The notes beneath the pieces are model-generated. The model did not search any database, had not been told where the DNA came from, and saw only the letters and a program-made list of their open reading frames with translations. Below, piece by piece: positions 24,931-37,520 of a stretch of DNA of 64,000 bases. The stretch is taken from the NCBI GenBank assembly GCA_030390025.1, contig CM059425.1, positions 161,760,001 to 161,824,000 on the forward strand, given 5' to 3'. The stretch's first letter is position 1. Each line of letters opens with the position of its first letter. Made by a program: the position numbers and the translations under genes. The stretch comes from Squalus acanthias. Lineage: Eukaryota.

Positions 24931-25952
24931 AAAGTATGTCCATTAATTGATGCTTTTGTAGCTGCATGGAATAGGTTCTGAGGACAAGCAGCTGTAATTG
25001 GTGTCGTTGCACAAAGAGTGGCTGAAACTCTAGGTGTGTTTCTTCGAGAGGAAACCCGAGAGGAAGCACGATAGATTTTAGCCGAAACATCTTGATAGGC
25101 CCTTACCGGGGCAGTTCGGTAGGACTTAGCTTGATAAGCCCTCGTAGAGGCTCTTGATAGGCAAACCTTTGCAAAATGACCCTTTTTGTTGCAATGACTG
25201 CAAAACGCATTGCGAGCAGGGCAGAATTTCCGAGGGTGAAACTCATCACCACAAAAGAAGCATTTCTTAGATTGCCAAGAGGCTGCCACAGTGGGGTCAT
25301 CATCCTCTTCATCAGTGAAGTCATCAGATTGATCGTCAGGGATAAAGACCTCCCTAATAGAGTTCACCTGTGGCCTCTTAAATTGCCTGACTGTAGTTAA
25401 GGCAGTAGACCGAGGTCTGGGCACTGTATAAAGGTCTGCATTTCTTTTTGCCAGATCTAGAGAGCAAGCCATGTCATAAGCTCTCTGAAGCTCAAGTGTC
25501 TTACTTTCCAGTAGACGCTGGCGTATAAATGGGGAGGCAAGCCCGCAGATGAAAGCATCACGGATCATTTCTTCACGGTACAGCTCAGCTGAGGCCGCCT
25601 GAAAGTTACAGTCCATACTAAGTCTGCGAAGCTCTTGGAGGAATTTATCAATGGATTCCTCCGGCCCTTGTTGGGCTGTAGCTAGTAGATGTCTGGCATA
25701 GACCTCATTCGGTGTCTTAGTATATAGTCTCTTAAGCGTCCGAATTGCCTCCTCGTAACTGCCCCATTCCTCCACATACTGAAATACATTCGGGGTGACA
25801 CAGTTGATGAGTATCCGCAACTTTGTGTCATCATCAGCCTTGCAATATTCAAGAAAATTATCAAACGTGCGATACCAGTGTTTCCACACCTTACCGGCTG
25901 CTGGGGTGTTTGGGTCCAAGTCAAGACGCGATGGTTTAAGGATGTTTTCCAT
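24921..25952 (-). CDS. gag: Gypsy Gag with two CCHC zinc knuckles
   Basis: 343-aa ORF; CFFCGDEFHPRKFC and CSHCNKKGHFAKVC; ends in protease N-terminal residues out of frame with pol. Confidence 0.92.
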   Translation of the reverse strand: MENILKPSRLDLDPNTPAAGKVWKHWYRTFDNFLEYCKADDDTKLRILINCVTPNVFQYVEEWGSYEEAIRTLKRLYTKTPNEVYARHLLATAQQGPEESIDKFLQELRRLSMDCNFQAASAELYREEMIRDAFICGLASPFIRQRLLESKTLELQRAYDMACSLDLAKRNADLYTVPRPRSTALTTVRQFKRPQVNSIREVFIPDDQSDDFTDEEDDDPTVAASWQSKKCFFCGDEFHPRKFCPARNAFCSHCNKKGHFAKVCLSRASTRAYQAKSYRTAPVRAYQDVSAKIYRASSRVSSRRNTPRVSATLCATTPITAACPQNLFHAATKASINGHTLDP

Positions 25953-26030
25953 GATGGGTGATTCCCTGGATCCTTAGTTCCGAGTTCGTCCAAAAAGTTT
26001 GAGTGCGAAGTTTTTCAAAGTTGATTAAAT

Positions 26031-26224
26031 TGTCGTAAGAATGAGCCTTACGCGTGGTGAACTTAAAGTAAGCTTTAATCAACTAAAAAGGTGCTACACA
26101 CAAAAGAGGTCTTACTCTATGCCTCTCCAGGATCCAACTGATCAGTCCAGTATTTATCCTGGACTAATCACAGGAAGTGATGCAATAAAGTTCGAGTCAC
26201 AGGAAGCTGTATTGTGTTACCACA
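26031..26224 (-). repeat. 5' LTR
   Basis: 194 bp, TG..CA termini, pairs with 21815-22008. Confidence 0.97.
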
Positions 26225-26229
26225 ATGTG

Positions 26230-26850
26230 GATAAGAGTTACTTCACTGTTGTGTCAGTTTGGGCTCCACAAGTGATGGAATATGGAGACAAAGTGAGGCT
26301 TCAGTGAAAAGGATGGAGTTACCACATGCAAGCCAGGTTTCTAGCAGTGCCAGGATACCCATAGATTTACCCACAATGAGGATGAATGACGCAGGCCTTG
26401 TTTGTGAGGGAGCATTCTGAAGGGCATTGTAGAACAGAGCAGTGATTGATGGTCTACTGGCAGGGTAAGAGGAGGGGGCAGTAGAAGAGGTAAGTGGGCC
26501 GGGGAGGAGGTTAGAGAGGTTAACCCTAAAGAACAAGCTGGAAGTGGAGGCTGACAATTAGGACAACCGCTTCGAGACAGGCAGCAATGGATGCTATGAT
26601 GGGCTTGAAGAATACCAAGAGAGGTACAGAAAGGAACGATGTGCTCATTCAAGAGGGACTCAAGTCCAAAACAGTAGCAAGATAGAAGGTACGCTGAGGA
26701 AGAGTGTTGATTGAAGCAAAGGATTGAGGGAGGCAAGGTGCTGGAGAATGGGGAGGTGAAAGGGGGCATGTTTGGATGAAACGGAGATGAAGAGAGAGCA
26801 GAGCAGGGCCTGAAAAGGAAAGGTGGCAGTATAGGCTTTGGTATGGATTC
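26230..26850 (-). mobile_element. Old LINE APE endonuclease remnant, upstream part (split by the Gypsy element)
   Basis: ILALLETWL motif on minus strand, colinear with the IYRPP/GDLN motifs beyond the Gypsy insertion; outer boundary uncertain. Confidence 0.55.
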
Positions 26851-28030
26851 TCAATTAATGTGTACCTGCAAGTGGATACAGGGGGAAACCTTAGATTATA
26901 TGGACTAGTGGTAGAAAGCTAGGCATGGCAAGGAAGGTTCTTAGGATAGGGGCTGACACAAGAAAGGTAACCAGCCTGATTTCTGAGAGTCTGGCTTGAG
27001 GGAGAAGCCCCAGCCAGGAGGCAGTGATGTAGCGATAAAACCATTGCACCAACACTATCTGCGCACACAGCTTTACTGCAACCAGATTTTTGATGTCAAA
27101 TCATGTTATGTGTGTGAGTGCTCGTGTATGCTTCCACAGTGCAACCCCTTAGAAACACTGTGTGATTAATTTACCTCTTCTAGATGATACCTGACCCACA
27201 ATATTCAAATTATGCTGTCCCCTGAGATGTGTGTGGGGTCTGTGCCTTATGGGTTGCAAATGCCCCACTTTTGATCAGATTTATGTCCAATTATAAATTC
27301 TAAGCTAGAATGTTTATAATTATGAAACTTATACAATCATTTTGTGTCGTAAGCTAAAATAAAATGACATGTAATAATTAATTACTGAAATACTACACCA
27401 CAGAGTGGTAGGTCATGGGTTCTCCAACACTATCTTCACATAATGAGCATCCAATCTCAGTCAAGCCATTTGGGGAGGTGAGCCACTTTCCCAGAGGAGA
27501 AAGGAAATGTCAAAGGACAAATCTACCCATGCACTGCACCTATCTCCCAGACGTTAGTGTCTTTGAGCTTAGGTGAAGCATTAGGCATAGGTTTCTGAAG
27601 AGGTCATCTGCCTGACTTAGAGAGAATGGTCTGGGGAAGCAGGAGTGAGTAACTTACAAAACTGGGGTGGAGACTAAGTTAGAAATAGTACTGTCAAAAA
27701 AAAACTTCAATAACTCTGGCACGTGAGATATTATACAGGCCATGCTGCATTCTGTAATTTGCCAACTTTGTTAAATATAGCAGCCTGCATTGCCAAAAAC
27801 AATTCAATGAGTAAGAATTTTCTGAATACATCCTCCTTATATATCCCTGATTGCCTGTTATTTGTAAAATGCAGTCAATTTGACTTAAACACATAAATGA
27901 GCTTATTTATTTAAACAGTAATAACAAATTCTCAATTTTTTTAATATTTGAAGATATATTTATTTCAAGGAGTGAGTTAATTTTAATCGTGTTTGTAGTC
28001 AGCTCCAACCTCGTGGTACTGTTGCAATTT

Positions 28031-29781
28031 ATAGAGTCACAGAGTCATAACGGCACAGAAGGAGGCCATTCGGCCCATCGAGTCCGTGCCGGCTCTCTGT
28101 AGAGCAATCCAGTCAGTCCCATTCCCTCGCTCTATCCACGTAGCCCTGCAAGTTTATTTCCCTCAAGTGCCTATCCAGACTCCCCTTGAAAACATTGAGT
28201 GTCTCCGCTTCCACCACTTCCGTTGGCAGCGAGTTCCAGGTCCTCACCACTCGCTGCATAAAAAAGTATTTCCTCACATCCCCCCTGTATCTCTTGCCCA
28301 AAACCTTAAATCTGTGTCCCCTAATCCTTGTACCATCAACTAGTTGGAACAGCCTTTCCCCTTCTAGCCTATCCAAACCCGTCATAATCTTGTACACCTC
28401 TATCAAATCACCCCTCAACCTCCTTTGCTCTAATGAAAACAAATCCAGTTTCTCCAACCTGTCCTTGTAGCTAAGATCCCCCATCCCCGGAACCATTCTG
28501 GTAAATCTCCTCTGCACCCTCTCAAGTGCCTTCACATCCTTCCTAAAGTGTGGTGACCAGAACTGGATGCAATACTCCAGTTGTGGCCTAACCAACGCTT
28601 TATAAAGGTTCAGCATAACTTCTCTACTTTTGTACTCAAAACCTCTATTTATGAAGCCCAAGATCCCATATGCTTTGCTAACCACTCTCTCAATATGTCC
28701 TGCCACCTTCAGGGACCTATGCACATTAATTCCCAGGTCCCTTTGTCCCTGCACACTCTTTAAAACTGTGCCATTAAGTGTATATTGCCTCTCCCTGTTC
28801 CTTCTGCCAAAATGCATCACCTCACACTTCTCTGTATTAAATTCCATCTGCCACTTGTCTGCCCATTCTGCTAGCCTTTCTATGTCCTGTTGCAGTTGAT
28901 TGGTATCATCCTCAGTGTTTGCCACACCCCCAAGTTTGGTGTCATCGGCAAATTTAGAAATTCTACTCTGTATTCCAATATCCAGGTCATTTATATATAT
29001 CAATAAAAGCAGTGGCCCCAGCACTGACCCTCAGGGAACACCACTGTTTACCATCCTCCAGTCTGAAAAACAGCCATTTACCACAACTCGCTGTTTTCTG
29101 TCCTTAAGCCAATTCCTTATCCAAGCTGCCACTGACCTACCTATTCCATGAGCCTTAATTTTGTTAACCAGCCTTCTATGTGGTACTTTGTCAAACGCCT
29201 TCCTAAAATCCATGTAGACAACATCCATTGCATTCCCTTCATCAATTCTCCCTGTTACTTCATCAAAAAATTCAATTAGATTTGTCAAACACGATCTGCC
29301 TTTTACAAATCCATGTTGGCTCTCCTTAATTAGCTTAAACCTCTCCAAGTGCCCGTTATTTTTTTCCTTGATTATTGTTTCTAAAACTTTACCCACCACT
29401 GATGTTAAACTGATTGGCCTGTAGTTACTGGGATTGTCCTTATACCCTTTCTGGAACAATGGTGTCACATTTGCCACTTTCCAACCCTCAGGCACCTCCC
29501 CTGCATCTAGGGAAGATTGGAAAATTATGGCAAGCCTTTTTGCTATCTCCTTCCCCAATTCCCTCAGCAACCTGGGATGCAAGCCATCTGGACCAGGCGA
29601 CTTATCCAGTCTAAGCATACCCAGTCTTTCTAGTACATCCTGTCTATCAATTTTCACCCCTTCCATTGCTTCTACCTTTTCCACTTCTACCGATATTTTG
29701 TCAGCATCCACCTCCTTAGTAAACACCGATACAAAGTACTCATTGAATATTCTAGCCTTGCCCTGCGCTTCTAAGCATATA
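28031..29781 (-). mobile_element. CR1 LINE, 5'-truncated, RT with a stop at 29031
   Basis: [54 protein letters not shown]; short repeat tail. Confidence 0.95.
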
Positions 29782-32479
29782 TCACTGGTTAATATTTACA
29801 GTGCAAAATGCACTTGTGTTACAATTTATATGACACCCTAGTTAGCATGCTGCTTAATTTATAAAATCAGAATCAGTTAAAAAAATCAACATTTTAAGTT
29901 ACACACTGGCAGCGAAGGGAATGAATTTATATCTCTGCACAATGTACTAATTAATTTCAAATTCTCCTAGATTAAGATTTGTTTCATCAAAATTATAAAC
30001 ATCCATAGTTATGGAATTGCAAGAAGGGGCAAGTTTATTAATTTAACAAGAATCAAATATGCCTCAATATTTGCATAATCTAATTTATCACTACATAATT
30101 CACATTTTCAGATGATTGCTGACTTAACAAAAAGTATTCATCTGTGTTTCAGAAAGATACATATAATTGCTGAATTTGTTTTTCATATTTACAAATTTCT
30201 TAATTAGTTTACATTGCAAAACAAATAAAAGGTCATCATCTAATTTTTATTTAATTTGCAACATTAACTGTAGAAATCCAAAGTGCCCAATTTAACATGT
30301 TTAATAAACTTGAAAAGCTTACCAGTTATAATATGAATAATAATTTAAGCTTACTGTGCATTTTTAAAACAATTAATGGATTATCTATATGTTGCATATT
30401 TTACATGACAAAAGAGCAGAATTAAACTGCCATCCGTAATGAAAATGCACTTTGCAAATTAAAAGCATTGAAACTGAAATTTTTCAGCCTCTTTAGGAAA
30501 TAAACATTCCTTAACCAATTAAGCTGTATTGTAATAATTCCATGATTTATAGCAAGTTGTTAAAGTTTCAAAACTTGGCCAACCTATATTAAGGTCACAA
30601 TCAATCATGTCTTGCTTAGAAAACTAGCAAGTAATGACTGTTGTACTAGCTGCTTTTGATGATAGTATGAAAGAAGTATTAGCACTTGTCAACAAAACTG
30701 CTTACAACATTGCATTAGCATGCACGGACTGGTGTACCTATTTATTATTCTGGCAGCTTCATGCACAGAGCTACAAGCTTAGAAAACATTTTGTCTGCAG
30801 AAAGCAATTGTACACTGTTTGGTTTGCTGATAGAGTGGCAGCACTGACTTAGTTAGGTTTTAGAGCAAACAGAAATGTGAATTCTTCGGCCTGTCCCTCA
30901 TTGATGCTGAGAAGCACTGAATAATTCAGGATCTTTTTCTCCTATTCATATCAATCACTGTTATCAATTACCCATCAGTCTCCTTGTCAAAACAGAAAGG
31001 ATTAATTTAGCTGAAAACAAGACAAATAAATGGATACAATAACACAGGTGCAGAGTTGCCAAACTGTCATGGGTAAATCCAGGCAATGATGGTCACTGCC
31101 ACAAATGGGGTGTCTGGCTTTAGTTTGGAAATGTTTCTCCATTATGAGCCAAGAATGCACTTAGCTTAACATAAGTAAATTAATCTGACTCTTTTGACTA
31201 CTAATACATTACTTATTGTCATATAATCTAAAAAATAACTAGAATTGTTTGATGGGAAATAAATATTTTTCATAATTATATCTGAACAATGTGAGTAGAT
31301 TTATTCAGCAAGCTTGTAAATACGTTTTGAAGTATTTGTGCAAATGTCATGAATAATGTACCAATCTTTTTGAATTCACCAAACAATTGGTAGACTTAAT
31401 GTGAAGTACACTTTTAAAGTTTACTCATAAAAAATCTATTGGTAGCCGTGTCCAATTAAGAAAGAAATATTGCAATGGTTTTAAAACAGCTAAATTATTT
31501 TGCAGTAAGGTAAGATCATCACAGAAGTATATCTGGCCTTTGAATCATGAGGATCAAACTCTGACTTTCTTCTCAGAAATATAAAAGCATTTTTGTATAA
31601 CACTGAATAACAGTTAAAAAAATGTTCTTTGCATAAAATCAATGAAGTCGAGGGTCTGAAGTTTCTGTGAGGGTTCTTCCGATTATAACCATAACTTTGG
31701 GAGAAACCCCAGAGAAACAGCACAAATAGCCATTTATGTCATTTCTGTGGGGTTTCTGCTGAAGTTACAGTGGGAAATCAGGAAATCTCCAAGGGAAATT
31801 CTACCCCCAGTACTATAATTTGAAACATGATAATGATGGCAATACTGAGAAAGTACAAATGTAAAGAAACTTTTTATTTCTGTTGTCCACAGATTGAACC
31901 AGTGAACTTGTGATCTAAAGTTTGATAGTACACAAATTCCACTATAAGCCTCCTGCTACTGTGAAATAAGATTAAATTAGAATAGCAATATAATAATGGA
32001 AAGTGCCTTGACATTAATCACTCTTAATAAAAAATACTGAAGTTTAAATATGATTGCTTCATGTTCACATAAATGCCACCTCAGTGGGATATTATTTCAT
32101 AAATCAAGAAACAGGATGGATAAATTACAAACTCTGTAGAATTGATAATGAGCCGATTCAGTGGTTATTGAATCATTTAAAGATGCCTGGTTACTGCAAC
32201 CAAAAATGTGTCAAGGTCAAATAACATTAAATTACAGCAAAACTGGGTCTCTTAATACTTATGGACATATAAATATGGCAGTTAAAATCACACTGAGGAT
32301 TTGGAAAGTACTGTTATTTTACTAAAACAGTCTTATTTGCTTTTTACATTTTGCAATCAAAACTGTCAAACAGTTTAATAGCAACAGGAATAGGCCATTC
32401 ACCCCATCAAGTCTGCTTTGCCATTTTATTAGTCACAGCAGCAATTTTTAAAAAAATCCCAGTTACATCGAGTTACATT

Positions 32480-32745
32480 GGGTGCGATCTTGCCAGCCCT
32501 GGGCAGGCGGGTATGGAGGCAGGACTGCCGGAAAAATGGCAGAATTTTTTTTTTTTGACAGATGAAACGTCATATGCTGATGTTCTTTGTAACCGGCTTC
32601 CCCTTAATTGGCCTGCTAAGCCCGCTGGGCGGGCTTAACAAGGTCAATCAAGGGAAAATAGTGTGGGTTGGCCACAAGTCGATGGAGGCGACCCGACAAG
32701 CAGCAGTCCCGCCTCCAACGCGCCCCCATTGGCAAAATCGCCCCC
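32480..32745. mobile_element. 266-bp MITE related to 11087-11932 (reverse orientation)
   Basis: TIRs GGGTGCGATCTTGCC / GGCAAAATCGCCCCC; ATT TSD. Confidence 0.8.
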
Positions 32746-32749
32746 ATTG

Positions 32750-32990
32750 AGTCGAGAAACATTCAGCCCAACTGGTCTATGCCAGCGTTTATGCTCCACA
32801 TGTGCCTCCTCCACCCCTCTTCATCTAACCCTATCAGCATACCATTCCATTCTTTTTTCCCTCATGTGCTTATCTAGCTTCCCCTTAAATGCATCTATGC
32901 TATTTGCCTCAATTACTTCTTTTGGTAGCATGTTCCACATTCTTACCATCCTTTGGGTAAAGAGGTTTCTCCTGAATTCCCTATTGGATC
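32750..32990 (-). mobile_element. CR1 LINE 3' fragment
   Basis: FRRNLFTQRMVRMWNMLP..FKGKLDKHM. Confidence 0.85.
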
Positions 32991-33584
32991 CTAGTTCCCT
33001 ACCTTTTCTCACATACTTTAATCCCTTACATCCCAAGTAAGGCCTTCAATTTCTGCAGGGCTTTTTGAGTTGTCAGGACGCCGGTATGGCAGGACCTCTG
33101 CCCAACAGTGACATGCGCCATTGGCCCTGCCGAAATTCACAAGAACAGCTCATTTGGTGCAAATTCAGTGTAAAACGATGTAAATCCTGAGTGGGTGGGG
33201 GAACTTACTGCAGGATTTAAAAGGCAACCAGATGAATAACTTTTCCTCCAGCTTTTGTCAGCATGTTGAACTGTGTTAAATTCTAACCAAGGTCTTTTTG
33301 TACTTCTCCATGACTCTTTTCAGAACAAACACTGGTGTTCATGTCCTCAGTCACCAATGTTTCCTCTGTGCCACACGGCCGTGCAATAATGGGATGTTCC
33401 CGCCCAGGTCGCTCACCGGCTTTTACATTGTAAATACCGCGCATGTGCAGAAATTGAAAGGGACCACGCATTAAAAGCAACAGGCCGCGCAAAACAAAGC
33501 GCAGCTTACAGGGAACATTGTCAGTCACTTCATGGCAACCTCATCATCTGATGTGCCAGCATTTAGTTTTTCTGATTATAGCTC

Positions 33585-33645
33585 TGATAAGCAACTTGGG
33601 ATGTTTTTCTATGTTAAATGCGCTATATAAATGCAAGTTGTTGTT
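33585..33645 (+). mobile_element. SINE/LINE 3' tail remnant
   Basis: GCGCTATATAAATGCAAGTTGTTGTT resembles the tail of the SINE at 50085-50108. Confidence 0.45.
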
Positions 33646-34290
33646 ACGTGGCGCAAATGTTGCTTGCCACTTGGTAGCCCAAGCCTAGATGATGTCCAGG
33701 TGCTGCTGTCGACTGGCATGGGCTACTTCCTTATTGAAGAAATTGTGAATGGATTGATGAAGGTGCTGAGGATGGTTGGGCTTAGCAGGCTACCCTGAAG
33801 AACTCTTGCTGAGATGATTGCTCTCTGACAACCATGATCATTTTCCTGTGTGAGTAAGGCCCAGTCGCTAGGGAGATTTCCTTTGGCCCCATTACCCGTC
33901 AGTTTTCCTAATACTTCTTCATATAATACCAGATTGAATGCGGATAGTGAGGACAATTACTCGCATTTCTCCTCCAGAGCTCAGCTCTTGTCTGGATCAA
34001 GTTTGTGAAGAGGTCTGGAGCCAAGTGGTTCTGCTGAAATCTGAAGTGAGTCTTGATGACACTATTGATGACTCATTGCATAAATTAGCTAATGATTGGA
34101 AGGAGGCTGATAGGGTACTTTATTGACAAATGTTAGATTTGTCTTGTTTTTTATGAATAAAATATACCTGGGCAATTTCCCACATTCTCAGCTAGATGCT
34201 AATGTCATAGCTGCACTGGGGATGGGGACGGAGGATGCAGCTAATTCTGGTATGCAGGTCTTCAGAACTACACAACTGTCTTGTTGTCCG
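33646..34290 (-). mobile_element. Highly decayed LINE RT fragments
   Basis: VLQGSLLSPTILSTFIN and QQHLDII*AWATKWQATFAP-like motifs. Confidence 0.55.
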
Positions 34291-34512
34291 AGCCCAAAGT
34301 CTTTGCTGTGCCCAGTGCACCCACTTCTCTCTAAATCCAAGATCAGCCTCAATACGTATTCACAGGAAGCTCCTGGCCTGGATCTGGACTGAAGGGGATG
34401 AGAAATTACACGCAATTGCAGGTCTTAAAAGGTTGCTGTTCCTCATTATAGAGAAGCACGTTGCAATTCAGAAAGTATTCTGTATTTGTTTGAAAATGTC
34501 TCAGTGTGCACA

Positions 34513-34731
34513 AACAGCCCCATCATTCTCCCATGCTGCTGCGGAGCTGCTGCTACAAAAAGTGGCCAAAAGAAGGGTTGTCCTGTTTGGCAAAGAGGAG
34601 AAGTTTGCAAAAGGAGAGCCATCTGGACTGTATGGGAGGAGATGGCACAAAGAGTTAAAACAATGCCCAACATTTAAAGAACCTGGGAACAGATGAGGAA
34701 AAAGTTCAACAGCCTCAAAAAATCTGAGAAG
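34513..34731 (+). pseudogene. Isolated Harbinger Myb/SANT exon 1 remnant
   Basis: APSFSHAAAELLLQKVAKRRVVLF / LWEEMAQRV..RTWEQMRKKFNSL followed by GTAAGG donor; frameshifted. Confidence 0.65.
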
Positions 34732-35702
34732 GTAAGGCAACTCAGCATTTCTCTTCACAAAGTAGATGGGCAATGCCACAGAGTTTCCTCTCAATCTGTA
34801 CACCTGAACAACAGACTGCATGTAAAGCACTCAGAGAACCGTACAAGTCTTTCATAGCTTTACATGTGGGCCTAAACTGCAGCAGGGCAAATCTCCTAAC
34901 TTCAACTTAAAACGGGAATTAATGTCACATTACCATCTGTAAAGTTGAGCTCAGAAAGCAAGCTTCCAACAAAACCTAGCTGCATGATGCATGTTCATTT
35001 ACTCACACACATGATGGTGGCTACTTAGGTGGTACTCTGTGCTTGTCAAATTTCCAACATAGTAACACAACTTCCCTGCGTTCAGAACATGACAAGGGTG
35101 ATTAAAACTGCATGGGAGGAGGTTCCTGCAACTTAAAGCCCTTAAAATCCTTTGAAGGGGCCTCTCTCTAAACCCTGGGGCTGAAGAGCACACCAAAAAC
35201 CACAAAAAGGGAGGAACACACCCAAAGGAATTCTCATATCTGGACTTTTAATTGTAACAGTCAAAAATCTTCCTACCAAAAATCCAGATAAACAAATACA
35301 ACAAAAATGCTACAAAAACCTTAACAATCAAAAATCCAACTCTCAGCAATCCTAAGTTAAATTCCACAATCAAGAAATGCTCCTGTGAAATGTTCATCAG
35401 GTCAACTTTTAAGAAATCACTTGCTGAATGGCCACAATGTGCCTGACCTTCATTGTCCAATTTATATGAGCAACCTGAATGCATAGTGTATTTCCCATGA
35501 GAAAATCAGGGAATCACACTAGTACTCTTTACCATGCCATTCACATATATTTTAAGAGTGTGAGAGCACTTTAGGTGAAGTTTGTGTACTGCACTAATTG
35601 GGTAGGGATCCTGTGAAAGAGAATTCCCTCCTGACATCCGAGTCCCTACGAGCACATTTCGCACCTATGGGACTGATCCCACAGGCTAGAAAATATAACG
35701 TA

Positions 35703-36362
35703 GGGCAGAATTTTCATTGACCCGTGGAGGTGGGTTTGGAGGCGTGTGAGGGGTTAAAATTGCAAAAACTGGCGGGCAGGCACAAGCCCGCCTCCATCCC
35801 GCCTCCACGCAATTTTCATTAAATCGTGTCTGCTGGCCCTGACTCCGTCCCGCCTCTAAGAGGCGGGATAGGCTGTTAAGGCCCTTAACAAGCACTAAAT
35901 TGCCTCTATAATGCCATTTTGAAAGGCCTTTGTGATTTTAACCCTTTTTCTACGTGAAGCACGCCTATTCTGAACCACGAATGTGAAACCTGGCGGGAAC
36001 ACATTTCGATAGCTGACTATCAGCTGCAGGTTCACTATTACAATGGGGTGGTGGTGGTGAAAAAAAAATATCTGGGAGCAGACTTAGGGCTGCTGCTGCT
36101 GCTGCTCATTTTGCCTCCAGGTCCTCTCACAGCAAAGGCCAAGCAGTCTTTGCAGACCTTTAAGGCAGCAGCAATGATGACATCATCAGAGGCGACTTTC
36201 AGACTGAAAACACTAATTGGTTCATGGGTTCCCACATGCTGGAACTCAATTGCCCAATTAGGTGAAAATCGCATCAATCTCCCACATCCAATTGCAGTCG
36301 GGTGGATAACACGAAAAGTGGATAACATGACCCCAGCCCGCCCCAGTATCAAAATCTAGCCC
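35703..36362. mobile_element. MITE, Harbinger-like
   Basis: TIRs GGGCAGAATTTT / AAAATCTAGCCC; flanks GTA/CTA. Confidence 0.55.
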
Positions 36363-37520
36363 CTAATATTTGCGGTCAACTGCTTAGCTCCCTGAAAGAA
36401 CCAGGCAATAAGGCGGTCATGAATGTCTCCCTGGCTGGTGCAACTGATTTACTCCTGTTGACTGATGTGAAACATCCTCCTCCTGGTTTTTCATGTTTCT
36501 TGCTGCTCCTCTTCAAGAGCATGGTGCGGCTTCTGTCTGTGGCAATATTGTGCACCACACAGAATATTGTTCTACTTTTGTCAACCTTCTCTGGGACAGT
36601 AAGCACATTTGAAAACTTGTATTATTTTCCTGCCTGGGTTGCCTAGCATTTACAAACTAATGAAATAACAGCCCTTCCTATTTAGGTATCCTATGAATTA
36701 TTGGTAGCTGCACAAATGGATACATGCACCCAGTCAATGATCCTCTGTATCTTTGGGATATCAGCAATGATGATAATATTGTAGGTGCCTTTGGTGCTGC
36801 TGTTGGCGATCACTTCTGATGTACATGACAAAACCTGGCGTCGGTTACCTACTAAATAGAATAGTGGGCAGCACAGCAAGTGATTCCTCTGATGCCTTCT
36901 GTGGATTTAGGGCAGTGATGATCTTCACTGCCACGAAGAATGCAAAGTGGATGGTTGATTTTGCCTGCAGGTCTTCGACAAACAGGTGCTACAGCTCAGT
37001 TACAGGCTCCTTCTTTAACAAAACTGAGAATAAGCCACACATTTCATTGTGGGTTCTAACTTGCAGCCTGGAGAACAAGTAACTCTAACTAAGTTCGCCC
37101 TGAACAGCTTCCTCACCAAACAATTAAACTCTGATTGAGACTCTGTTTACTTAACAATTAAACATTATGGGGGAAAAATTAGGTTGCGCCCCAATATCGT
37201 CTGGACGCAAATATTAGCGCCTGGCGCTAATTATCGGCACTGACTGGAAACTTCACTTTTACCGCCCCGGGAGGTGAGTGGAGCGCTAAATCAGGCGCTG
37301 CACACCTGTCTTAAGGCGCAAAGGCCGAGCAGTGAGGCGCTAACTCAGCGCGCGAGCGCAGCACAGCTGCTGCCAGTTAGCGAGGGAACACAGACACACT
37401 GGCGCCGGCCACTTCTTAAAGCGGGGGGGGGGGGGCCAACTTGCTCCCCAGCCACACCCTGCTCATTGCAGCCTTGAATCTCGGCCTGGAGAGACCTGTG
37501 AATCCATTTTGCTGCCAAGG

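Larger units (their letters stand above)
21815..26224 (-). mobile_element. Full-length Ty3/Gypsy LTR retrotransposon, Mag-like, 4410 bp
   Basis: Two 194-bp TG..CA LTRs; 5-bp TSD ATGTG at 21810-21814 and 26225-26229; gag-PR-RT-RH-IN order; polypurine tract. Confidence 0.97.

Noticed and set aside
31652..31808. Possible small MITE
   Set aside because: TIR match weak and no clear TSD
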